From Planctomycetota bacterium (GTDB lineage: Bacteria; Planctomycetota; JBFWNO01), in the NCBI GenBank assembly GCA_050251015.1, contig JBFWNO010000005.1, positions 1 to 52,411 of the forward strand: a stretch of DNA of 52,411 bases, read 5' to 3'. The notes under the pieces were generated by a model. The model ran no database searches. It was not told the DNA's origin and worked only from the letters and a program-made list of their open reading frames with translations. The stretch's first letter is position 1. Each line of letters begins with the position of its first letter. The position numbers and the translations under genes were made by a program. This document shows, one piece after another, positions 18,401-27,500 of the stretch.

Positions 18401-19946
18401 GCTCGTGAAACTTGGCGTCGTATCCCTTGTTCCAAGCGCGTAAAAAATCCCGAAGCCCGCAGGTGGAATTCTGGAACAGTGTCACCTGCCTCAACCCGAC
18501 CATGTCCTGGGCCAGCCTGAGTGATTCCGTCATTGAAAACAGCGGCTTGCCGGCAATATGCTCGCGATCCGCCCCGGAATAGGCCCAGTAGCAGGGATGG
18601 TTGTTCTCGCTTTGGAAGGGAATGGGGTCACTGAGGGCTGTCATGACCTTGAGATAGGGGTCGTAAGCCTTCAATGCCACCTGGCCCGGGGCATGCACCA
18701 GCGCCGCCAGCACTGACAGAGGAGCCCGGTTGATATCCACCCTCAGGGACGGCACGTCGTAGACCTTGGTGAAAAGGTAGTGGCGGTTCTGGTGCAATTC
18801 AAAATAACCCGTGTTGAGCGCTAGGCCGTCCATCTCATTCGGAGGGGATGGTGATGGGGTTCCCAAGTTAAAAACCCAGCCTCGCTCCCGACGGGGATTG
18901 GTGACGGCCAAATCCCTGAACTCATCCACAATGGCCTTGATCCTGCCCGGCGTCATGACAGGAATGGGGGTCCCGTCGGCATGCATCCATGTTGAGCCGT
19001 TCCCGTCAGCCCGCCGGTTCGCCATGTCAACCCAACTGGTCACATAGGCTTCCACCAGGCTCAAGACGTCAGCAACCCGGCGATAGCCCCCCCCCGGCCG
19101 CGCAGCCAGAATCAAGTCGCCCAGGGGAGGTTCGGAGAACACAGGATTCCCCAGGGAATCGAGCGCGTGATTGCCACTGGGATTGAACACATCGAAGGAG
19201 AAAATGGGGTTCCTGGCGTTGGCCGCCGTATCCATCAAGTTCTCAGGACTGTCGATCAGGCCCATATCGGAGGAGCGGTCAAAGTTGTAGGTCTTGTCGG
19301 GCCTCACCATTGCCAAATATTTGTGGTGATTCCCCCAGGCATTCAGGAAGCGCCTCAGAGGAATGTTGAAGGGGTGGGTTAGTGACGAGGCGCTGTACAT
19401 CACGGTATGATTCGTCATGAAGTCCTGGCCGGCCTGGCCCTCTCCCGCCATCACTCCTGCATTCAGGTCGATGGAGGGCACCGAAATCCTCAGGGTGCAC
19501 AACTGTTCGGGGGCCGTAACGGCATTGCGCCAAGTGATCCCCCGGGTGTGTTCCCCGTCATCCACCAACAGGCTGACGCCACCCGTGGCATCGGCCAGGG
19601 CCAGGGACGGGGCCCGATCGTCCAGGAAACTCTGGATGGAAAGGCGACCGTCGCCATCCAGGTCCTCGCCCGGATCAAGAAGGCCATTGCGGTTGACATC
19701 CTCACCCGCGCTCATCAGTTGCTGAGAAAAGAGGAGCCCGGCCACCGGTCGCCTGGCGTAGGCCACCGTGCCCTGGAGCCCCTTCTCGATCCCGCTGCGG
19801 GCGGCGAGAGTGGCCTTGGCCAGTCCCACGGTGTTCAAGGACAACACCCGGGATTGCCGGCTTTGGAAGGCCAGGTCGATGGCCAAAAACCCGAGGACAC
19901 CCAAAAGGGCCACCACCAAGATCAGAACAAATCCCGATTTTTTCAC
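15411..19946 (-). CDS. Giant (1511 aa) PilX/GspK-like pilin-anchored protein with LamG-like C-terminal region, paralogue 3
   Basis: Start moved to the GTG at 19946, giving MKKSG|FVLILVVALL (class III leader, no Glu5). Contains KATLAARSGIEKG, an acidic GEDVNRNGLLDPGEDLDGDG loop, GspK-like VDINRAPLSVLAAL, and LamG-like EGAVSFYVKP...GRWNHIFIAW...AYVNG. Confidence 0.75.
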   Translation of the reverse strand: MKKSGFVLILVVALLGVLGFLAIDLAFQSRQSRVLSLNTVGLAKATLAARSGIEKGLQGTVAYARRPVAGLLFSQQLMSAGEDVNRNGLLDPGEDLDGDGRLSIQSFLDDRAPSLALADATGGVSLLVDDGEHTRGITWRNAVTAPEQLCTLRISVPSIDLNAGVMAGEGQAGQDFMTNHTVMYSASSLTHPFNIPLRRFLNAWGNHHKYLAMVRPDKTYNFDRSSDMGLIDSPENLMDTAANARNPIFSFDVFNPSGNHALDSLGNPVFSEPPLGDLILAARPGGGYRRVADVLSLVEAYVTSWVDMANRRADGNGSTWMHADGTPIPVMTPGRIKAIVDEFRDLAVTNPRRERGWVFNLGTPSPSPPNEMDGLALNTGYFELHQNRHYLFTKVYDVPSLRVDINRAPLSVLAALVHAPGQVALKAYDPYLKVMTALSDPIPFQSENNHPCYWAYSGADREHIAGKPLFSMTESLRLAQDMVGLRQVTLFQNSTCGLRDFLRAWNKGYDAKFHELYTPDHQFNAQVWSLPATQFSNVSQFYDLYHSHRRVQILAELLNPHPNDARVVWDEALPLAVENRRQRLAITGHPFKGLYFMLDEAEGTGAEKCPEVSFQTPEYRYTSLGWSPYLGQRRILTTVVRLYEKVELGTQADFVETARDVPPSMLPTLGSWVTYPELLGVSPCTWTGHLALKPVTRTPPWGESVCYRVPLNGYNPAPTTPVNGAGSPVDAWPTGGRMQLGPNEADARGKLLNSLQPSPTGMIRSLYPSTAGLIDVATDLLPGGGIRMSPYNNSKIRAVNTATGLAGWPNHKEALLVLRNSKTNIAMDNSLPDSTEGFDPGSTISPFLPSIREGAVSFYVKPRFHCQSSQPSGACTLFYWPFSVYDQETQSRCTGLSYPGNEPFIRSQFVGSMRLVWWSYPGWVGGTQFDMKPMANWRWPAVIPFAGFAGQIDAGPFYFSNMGGRTDPGNATSRGHLFPEVSPIFGTNAILGGDGIEGHWPVPNPPSNEVLVLEWELHKFAFHNDQTSPVGSNPGTQVTPTWASWDTTDQLPMLAQRCWYTNPTGSPHFLFDTSDPILPPNARRDYHSVRKCFYLERPLRWVGGAEDGRGPRDSHGDLQALIETGRWNHIFIAWRNLDNVLDNAPPNKGGCLAAYVNGSYSKTSNLDFATTAILFNMDYSPAYRGSSVQGLNFSSWPTGREHNPYQTMTYQGPLADTGILGSHRNYGKTYCIPRSHDFTNYSLPPSPSRLDGNVIGNQGVNPLNPCGINYANTFYNHFYSPRKSYLFRRFPSRFYFGFEPHTISNYVFGTSNMAYSYFASNITWGSFMDVYVFTKPTTLGPDSPLGGDGGFLPELPNYNAGGANVFSPYPSYNLANTLKLYPLLQAPSQALIEQGINLVGFSWAAHLPPFHEFWDDQEPDPGVDMADAQAIQLDHVFQTVPNGLVGISQDPGTVSTYSWESATPLAVTSVADIHFILGFKGPAVVLSTPLVENVDLVFLRKHPLFFDYNLE

Positions 19947-19995
19947 AAGGCCTCGCCTATCATGATATTCAGACACGGAATCATTCGATCTTTTC

Positions 19996-22900
19996 CTAAT
20001 TTCCGCCGTCCATTTGGTAAAACTCGTAGGAAAGTTGCTCCCTTTCAAATACCAAGTCGATGTTTTCAATGAGGGGCGTGGCCATGGTCACTCTCGGGCC
20101 ATTGAATTGGACCCGGATGCAAAGGTCCTCCGGCCTGTTGATATCGATGGGAGTGGACAGCGACACATGATAGAGAGGCGGTGAGCCCGGCAACTGGCTG
20201 AGTCTCCACGCCGGGCTCGGGCTGAGGGGGACCCCCAGATGGATCATCTCAGCCGACAAAGTCTGCGTGTCATCCGGATCCGGGCCAGGCACCATGTCAT
20301 TTTGATCGTCCCAAAATTGATGGAACTCGGGAATATGGGCCGACCAACTCAGGCTCACAAGTCGGGAACGCTGTGCAAGGATTTCGGCTGCACCCCCCAC
20401 TTGCAGGGGATAGATATCGACTGAGGCGCTGCTGGGATAGGCCTTCATGAAGTCATTGAAACTGGAAAGCTCCGGAATGAAGCCCCCATCCCCTTGAAGG
20501 AGTGACAAGGCTCCCGACTGCGCCACCCTGCCAAAGATCTGGATGTCCATCACGGAACCCCACAGGATGTTGGAGGCTCCATAGTTGTGCCTGTTGACCG
20601 TCATACCCGAGACGGCCGACCGGTATACCGTATGGGGTTCAAAGCCAAAATAGAACTGAGGAGGGAATTCCTTCACTAGATTCAACTTGCGGGGCGAATC
20701 AAGATAGGAATAAAAAGAGTTGGCATACCCCAGGCCCATGGAAAGCAAGGGCGGCTGGGTCTGCCACATGGGCGGCGACAGCGGCAAAATGGTGTGGCCT
20801 TCCGGCATGGGAACGCAAAAGGTCTTGCCGAATCCGGACGTGGTGGCTCCCCAGGTACTCAAGGGTCCTTGGTAATCGATCTGCTGGTAAACCAGGTGCT
20901 GGGTCGGAGCGGGCCACCAGCTGTAGTTGGTGTCCAAGGTCAAGGACCCCCGATAGGCCGGAGATGAATCCATGTTGAACAGGATGGCACTGGAGGCGTA
21001 ACCCTGGGGAGACACCTTGCGGTAGGAGCCGTTGAGATACACCGCCAGGCAGCCCCCCCGTGTTGGAAGGGAATTCCCCAGAACGCCCCAGAGATCCCTC
21101 CAGGCGATGAAGACATGGTTCCAGCGCCCCGATTCCAGCATGGCCTGCAGGTCACCCCGGCGATCCCTGGGCTGGGTGCCATCATCAGGGCCCATCTCCC
21201 ATTTCACCGGCCTTTCCATGAAGAAGCATTTGCGCACCGAGTGGTATTCGGGATTGGCAGGATCACTGGTATCGAAGATCCACAGCGGCTTGCTGGAGGG
21301 GATGAGATAGGAGCAGGCACTGGCCAATTCCTTGAAGTCGTCCGAGGTATTCCAAAATCCCCACGCATTGGAAACTCCCACATTGGGAACTGGGAGTGAG
21401 GGGTAATGCGTGCTGTAATCGTCATGGTAGGCATGCTTGTGGATCTCCCACTCCAGCACCAAAACTTCATTGGAAGAGGGATTGGGCACCCTCCAATGAC
21501 CTTCAATTCCATCACCGCCAAGCACAGGCGTGGAGCCGAAAACAGTGGCCCCATCGTCAAAGACATAGCCTCCATCCGTATCGATGGTTCCCGCTGGCTT
21601 GATGCGTCCTTCCATGCCGGAGAAATAGTAGGGCCCCGCATCCTCCTGTCCTGCAAAACCCGCAAAGTTGGAAACGGCGGGCCATCTCCAGGAACTGTCC
21701 GGCTTCAGGCAGTAACGTGGCCCAGTCACCCAATGGGGATGCGACCACCATGAAAGCCGCAGGCTGCCCGTGAACTGGCTGCGCGTGGTGGCCTCGGCCG
21801 CCCCGAGGCCAAGGGTGGCCGTGCAACGGTCGTAAGTCTCCTGGTCGAAGGCGTTGAAGGGCATATAAAACAGCGTGGCCGCAGCGCCGTTGGGGTCCGT
21901 CCCATCGCAATGAAACCGGGGTTTGACATAGAACGACACGGCACCCTCCTGAAAACTGGGCAAGACAAAGGGTGGGCTGCCAGGGTCGTGGGTCTCGAGC
22001 GGCAAGACAGCATCATCGGCCGCCGTCACCAGGCTGTTCCGGAGCACCAGGAGAGCCTCGCGGCGATTGGGCCAATTGGGGGGGAGAAAGGTGCCACGAA
22101 GCTTGCTGTTGTGCCAGGGGCTCATGCGGATCCCCCCACCCGGTAGGAGGTCTGATGCGGTATCAACGCTTGAGACACCAAGAGGATACAAGGGAGCCGG
22201 CGGACCCATGGGCGGGGGTTGGAGGGAATTGCGGAAAATCCCCCTGGCCTTCACGTTGCTGCCTCCGTTGATGTACCTGGGTCCCACGGGCCAGGCAGCA
22301 AGGGGATTGCCGGAACCATCCACGGGCTGGGTGGGACCCGTTGCAGGATCGTAGCCGTTGAGCTTGACCCTCAGCCGCAGGTCCTCCCCATAGGGGCAAT
22401 CGGGGCAGGAGGGCTTGAGGGCCAGGTGGCCAGTAAGCGTGTTGGGCTGGATCCCGGGCAGTTCGGGATAACTCACCCAATCGATCAGGGTGGTGCCCAA
22501 CGTGACCGGATCGCGGCAGGCATCGGCAAATTCCTGCTGGGTCCCCACGCTCAGTGTGTCAAAGATCCGGGCCCGGGCCGTGATCCTCCTCACCGATCCC
22601 CCCGGGCTGGTCCAACCCAGGGAACACAGTGTGGTGGAGGGGCTGGTGAATCGGGCGAGGGCACCGATCTCGCAGGAACCTTCGTCCATCTCATCCATGG
22701 TGAAGAACAGTCCCTTGAACGGATTGTTGGCCGTTGTCAGGCGATTCTTGCGGTTCTCCACCGCCAGGGGCAGGGCCTCGTCCCAGATCACCCTGGCGTC
22801 ATTCAAGTGAGGGTTCAGCAGTTCCGCCAGAAGCTGCACCCTTCTGTGGCCGTGGTAAAAATCGTAATAATTCGAGACTTCATCGAATTGCGCGGGCGGC

Positions 22901-24495
22901 AGGCTCCACAGGTCGGCATTGAATTGGTGGTCGGGGGCAAAGACATCGGGATGCTTGGCATCGTAACCCTTGCGCCAGCTGCGCAAGAAATCCCTGAGGC
23001 CGCAGATGGAATGCTGAAATCGGTTGGCCTCGCGCTCCTGCATCATGTCACGCGCCATCTGGATGGATTCCGTCATCGAGAAGAGCGGGCGTCCATTGAT
23101 CAGGCTCCTTGTCGATCCATAGGCCGAGGCACAGGGGTGGTTGTTTTCACTTTGGAAGGGGATGGGGTTGTCGTTGGTCCCGAGCGGCATTGTGTTCTGC
23201 GTCCGGTCAAAGGCCTGCAACTTGGCCGTGGCCGAATGCACCAGGGCGGCCAGCATCGAGGCCGGAGCCCGGGTCACATCCACCCTTAGGGCTGGCACGC
23301 TGTAGCGATGGGTGAACATGTGGCGGCGATTCGCATTGCTTTCAAAATACCCAAGCCCACCCCCCACGCCTGCATACATGGTGGAATTTCCGGGAACAGG
23401 CATGGTTTTCTTGAAGACCCAGCGGGGCTCAAGAGGCGGCCTGACCACGGCCAGGCTCCTGAACTCATCAACGATGGCCCTGACCTTGGTCTGGGTTACA
23501 AGGGGAATGGGCGAACCATCGGCGTAAAGCCAGGGTGCGGATCCATTGAGGGCCCCTCGGCCGGTCTTGTCGACCCAACTTTTGATGTACTCCTCGACAA
23601 CGGAAAGCGTCGACTCCGCAGTCGGGTAACCCCCCGTGGGCCGCGACCCGATAAGCAAATCTCCAAGGGGGGGTTCAGTGAACACCGTTGATCCTGCGGC
23701 ATCGAGTGTGTGATTGCCGCTGGGATTGAAGTCGTCGAAGGCCGACGAAGGTAGGTGGGCGCTGGCAAGATCAGGCATCAAATTCCGGGTGCTGTCGATC
23801 CGGCCCATATCGGTGCTGAGGTCGAAGTTGTAGGTCTTGTCAGGGCGCACCATGGCCCTGTATTTGTGGTAATTCCCCCAGGCATTCAGCAGGCGCCGGA
23901 TCGGCTGGTTGAATGGGTGATTGGGATCGTTGGCAAGGTACGTGTAACTGAACCCGCTTGCCGCATCATAGGCGTTCCCCGCTGGTCCCTCCCCTGCCTC
24001 CACACCCGCATTCACTTCCAGGCAGGGCACGGTGATACGGACCGCGCAGAACTGGTCGGGGTTTGCGGGGCTGTTGCGCCACGATATGCCTCTTTGAATC
24101 CCCTTGAAAGCCACCAGCAGACTGCGGGTGCCTGTGGCATCAAGGAGGGCCAGCGATGGCGTGAGGTCTTCCTCAAAGGGAAGGGCCGAAATCCGGCCAT
24201 CGCCGTCAACATCCTCCCCGACATCCAGGAGTCCGTTGCGATTGACGTCCTCTCCCGCACTGTCTAGTTGGGCTTCAAAGGCCGTGGGCCCGGGATTTTT
24301 GGCCTGCCATGTCATGGCCTCCAGCCCCTTTTCCAGCCCACTGCGCGCCGACAGCGTGGCCCTCGTCAAGTCCAGCGAGCCCTGGGACAGCTGCCGCGAT
24401 TGCCGGCTCTGAAAGGCAAAATCCACGGCAATGAATCCGAGCACGCCCAGCAGCGCCACCACGATCACCAGGATGAAGCCGTTTCGCTGACTCAC
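19996..24495 (-). CDS. Giant (1499 aa) PilX/GspK-like pilin-anchored protein, paralogue 2
   Basis: Start moved to the GTG at 24495 (6 nt after TATAAT), giving MSQRNG|FILVIVVALL; same motif order as its neighbours along its whole length. Confidence 0.75.
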   Translation of the reverse strand: MSQRNGFILVIVVALLGVLGFIAVDFAFQSRQSRQLSQGSLDLTRATLSARSGLEKGLEAMTWQAKNPGPTAFEAQLDSAGEDVNRNGLLDVGEDVDGDGRISALPFEEDLTPSLALLDATGTRSLLVAFKGIQRGISWRNSPANPDQFCAVRITVPCLEVNAGVEAGEGPAGNAYDAASGFSYTYLANDPNHPFNQPIRRLLNAWGNYHKYRAMVRPDKTYNFDLSTDMGRIDSTRNLMPDLASAHLPSSAFDDFNPSGNHTLDAAGSTVFTEPPLGDLLIGSRPTGGYPTAESTLSVVEEYIKSWVDKTGRGALNGSAPWLYADGSPIPLVTQTKVRAIVDEFRSLAVVRPPLEPRWVFKKTMPVPGNSTMYAGVGGGLGYFESNANRRHMFTHRYSVPALRVDVTRAPASMLAALVHSATAKLQAFDRTQNTMPLGTNDNPIPFQSENNHPCASAYGSTRSLINGRPLFSMTESIQMARDMMQEREANRFQHSICGLRDFLRSWRKGYDAKHPDVFAPDHQFNADLWSLPPAQFDEVSNYYDFYHGHRRVQLLAELLNPHLNDARVIWDEALPLAVENRKNRLTTANNPFKGLFFTMDEMDEGSCEIGALARFTSPSTTLCSLGWTSPGGSVRRITARARIFDTLSVGTQQEFADACRDPVTLGTTLIDWVSYPELPGIQPNTLTGHLALKPSCPDCPYGEDLRLRVKLNGYDPATGPTQPVDGSGNPLAAWPVGPRYINGGSNVKARGIFRNSLQPPPMGPPAPLYPLGVSSVDTASDLLPGGGIRMSPWHNSKLRGTFLPPNWPNRREALLVLRNSLVTAADDAVLPLETHDPGSPPFVLPSFQEGAVSFYVKPRFHCDGTDPNGAAATLFYMPFNAFDQETYDRCTATLGLGAAEATTRSQFTGSLRLSWWSHPHWVTGPRYCLKPDSSWRWPAVSNFAGFAGQEDAGPYYFSGMEGRIKPAGTIDTDGGYVFDDGATVFGSTPVLGGDGIEGHWRVPNPSSNEVLVLEWEIHKHAYHDDYSTHYPSLPVPNVGVSNAWGFWNTSDDFKELASACSYLIPSSKPLWIFDTSDPANPEYHSVRKCFFMERPVKWEMGPDDGTQPRDRRGDLQAMLESGRWNHVFIAWRDLWGVLGNSLPTRGGCLAVYLNGSYRKVSPQGYASSAILFNMDSSPAYRGSLTLDTNYSWWPAPTQHLVYQQIDYQGPLSTWGATTSGFGKTFCVPMPEGHTILPLSPPMWQTQPPLLSMGLGYANSFYSYLDSPRKLNLVKEFPPQFYFGFEPHTVYRSAVSGMTVNRHNYGASNILWGSVMDIQIFGRVAQSGALSLLQGDGGFIPELSSFNDFMKAYPSSASVDIYPLQVGGAAEILAQRSRLVSLSWSAHIPEFHQFWDDQNDMVPGPDPDDTQTLSAEMIHLGVPLSPSPAWRLSQLPGSPPLYHVSLSTPIDINRPEDLCIRVQFNGPRVTMATPLIENIDLVFEREQLSYEFYQMDGGN

Positions 24496-24501
24496 AACGC
24501 C

Positions 24502-24507
24502 ATTATA
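24502..24507 (-). promoter_or_regulatory. -10 element TATAAT 6 nt before the paralogue 2 GTG
   Basis: Minus strand reads TATAAT-ggcgtt-GTG within a 35-bp intergenic gap. Confidence 0.55.
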
Positions 24508-24530
24508 GATCTGCAAGCCTATGCGCTGCG

Positions 24531-27500
24531 TCATTCCATTTGAAAGCTCTCGTACCTCGGCTCAAGCCGTTGGAAGGTCAGCTCTATGTTCTCAACAATG
24601 GGTGTGGACATCACCACCTCGGGGCCCGTGAACTTCAGACTCAAAGACAGATCATCCCCCTGCGTTATCTCTAAGGGTACCGTTGGCTCCCAATGATAGA
24701 CGGGTGAAGAAGCGGGATCCTGGCTCAGGCTCAATGAGGCCATGGGCATCCCATTGAACATGAGGGATCCCTCGAGTTCCTGCACATCCTGGCTGTCCGG
24801 GCCTGGCGTGGGACCCTGGTCATCCCAGAACTGGTGATATTCCGGAAGGTGGGCCGACCAACTCATGTTCACCAGCATCACACCCTGATCCACAAACCCT
24901 TGGGCACCCGCTATCTGCAGGGGACGAAGGACGGCTGGCGCCGCTGTAGAGAGATTGGGATAGGGGCTGAAGGATGCGGCACCACTATAGAAGCCTGGCA
25001 ACGCGGGCAAGAAGCCACCGTCACTGGCCAATGGGCTGTCGGGACCAGACGGCGTGGCCCGATCGAAGATCTGCACATCCATGAAGGAGCCCCAGGTGAA
25101 GTTAGAGGCAAAATAACTGTGCACGTCAAAAGTGGTCGCTGTCTCGGAATAAAAACAGTGGGGTTCGAAGCCGAAATAAAATCTTGGCGGGAACCTCCTG
25201 AACAAGAGGATTTTGCGTGGCGAATTGATTGCTGGGCGGTCTGCATTGAAAAATGAAGAGGTGTGGGGCAAGAGCCCGATCCCCTGTGAATGCCGCGGCG
25301 GCGACAGGGGACATGTGTTGTTCGGAACAGAATCCATGGGCACATAAAACGTCTTGGGGTAAGAGGGGTAGATGGCACCAAGGACCCCCACGGGTCCGAA
25401 ATAGACATTAGGGGGTACCGTCGTTTGATATATGGCGTGGATTTCAGGATCCCAGGAGCTGTAATTGACACCCGGAGAGGCGGCTGATGCACCCCGATAG
25501 GCTGCGGAACTGTCACTATTGAAAAAAATGGCGGCGGTCTTATAGCCCTGAGGTGAAACCTTTTTGAAGTGTCCATTGACATAGGTGCTGAGGCATCCAC
25601 CTTTCGTGGGAGGAGAATTGCCCAACACGCTCCACAAATCCTTCCAGGCAATCAGGATATGGTTCCAGCGACCCGTTTCGATCAGGGCCTGCATATCCCC
25701 GCGCCGATCCCTGACTGTGGTGCCGTTTCCTGCTCCCAACTGCACCTTCAACGGACCCTGAATGTAAAAGGATTTGCGCACCGAATGGTAATCCGCGTGA
25801 AGGGGATCCGAAGTATCAAACAAGTGCAAAGGGGTGGTGATATCGTTGGTGTAAGCCGTCACCTTCGTCATGGCAGGAAAGGCATCGGTGGCATCCCAGG
25901 TTCCCCAGGTTGGAGTCACGGATAGTGTGGAAGGATACAACTTGGTGATATCGTCGCTGTATGCGAACTTGTGGATGTCCCACTCCAGCACAATCATCTC
26001 GTCTCGGTATTGATTGGGCGTTGACCAATGCCCCTCGATTCCATCACCTCCATGAACAGGAGAGCTGGCGAACATGGGTGTGGTGCCGGGGAAGTTCCCC
26101 GTCCAGGACAAAACATATCCCATCGCTGAAGTCGTCGGATTAGTCCAACCTTCCATGCCTCCAAAATAAAAGGGGGAGGCATTGACCTGACCTGGAAATG
26201 CGGGATATCCCGCGTAACCGCTGGCCGCAGGCCATGGGTTGGGCACCCCCCCATATTGCCTAATGGAACCGGTGAGCATCATGCAGGTCCAGGTCAATCG
26301 AAGGGAGCCCACAAACTGGCTGCGGATCTCGGACTCCTGGGCCGACATGCCCATGGACAGGCAACGGCTTTCCGTTTCCTTGTCAAAGACATTGAATGGC
26401 ATGTAAAACAACGTTGATGTCGTCATGTTTGAGTTCCCACCTACGACAACCCTGTCGGGATGCACCTTGGGTTTCACGTAAAACGAGACGACACCCTCGC
26501 GAAAGCTGGGAAGGATGAAGGAAGTGGAAACGGGTTGGTGAATCTCGGTTTCATCTGGGACCTGGTCATCATCATTCTGGGTCACCAGACTATTGCGCAG
26601 CACCAGTGTGGCTTCCTTGTGGTTGGGCCAGTTTCCGGACGTGAAAGGGCCCTGCACAATGCTGTTGTTCCATGGGCTCATGCGGATGCCCCCGCCAGGC
26701 ATCAGGTCGGTGGCCGAGTCGATATCAGTCGCCTGCTGAGGATACAGCGAGGTCAGCGCTTCACCCGGTGGTGGCTGGAGGGAATTGCGAAAGGTTCCCC
26801 TGGCTGGAAGTGTGGCCGGACCCCGAAGGTCCCGCGGCCCAGCGGGCCAGGCCGGAAGCATCGCGCCACTACTATCCACGGGACCCGTCGGCTTTAGTTC
26901 ATAGCCATTCAATAGGATCCTCATTTGGAGGGTGTCGCCCCAAGGACATTCACGGGTTGAAGGTTTGAGCGCCAACTGTCCTGTCCAAGGGCATGGGGGA
27001 ATTGAGGGGAGCTCAGGATAGGTGATCCAGGAACCCAACGTTGGTGAATGAGTGACCGGATCTTGGCCGGCCAATTCAAAATCACTCTGGGTCCCCAGCG
27101 ACAGGCCTTCATAAAGGCGAACCACGGCCACCAACAGCCGACTCTGGCCCGTGGGGCCGTACCAACCCAAGGAGGCCATCTTGATCGAGGGACTCTGGAA
27201 ACAGGCCTCGGGTCCCTTTTCCGAGGTGGATCCATCAGCCTCGTCCAGGACATAGTGCCGGCCCCGTAGGGGGTGGACATCGGCAGGGTTCATGCGCGTC
27301 CGCCTGTTTTCAACCGCCAAAGGCAACGCCTCATCCCAAACCACACGGGCATCGTTGGGGTGGGGATTCAACAGTTCGGCAAGGATCTGCACACGGCGGT
27401 GGCCATGGTAGTAGTCGAAATAATTCGATACGTTGTCGAAATACGAGGGCGGCACCCCCCACAAGATGGTGTTGAAATGATGCGTCGGAGAATAAACCGA

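Noticed and set aside
19947-20069. ORF-track N-terminal extensions of the giant genes (starts 20069 and 24534)
   Set aside because: They overlap the upstream paralogue and bury the class III leader; GTG starts at 19946 and 24495 align with paralogue 1.
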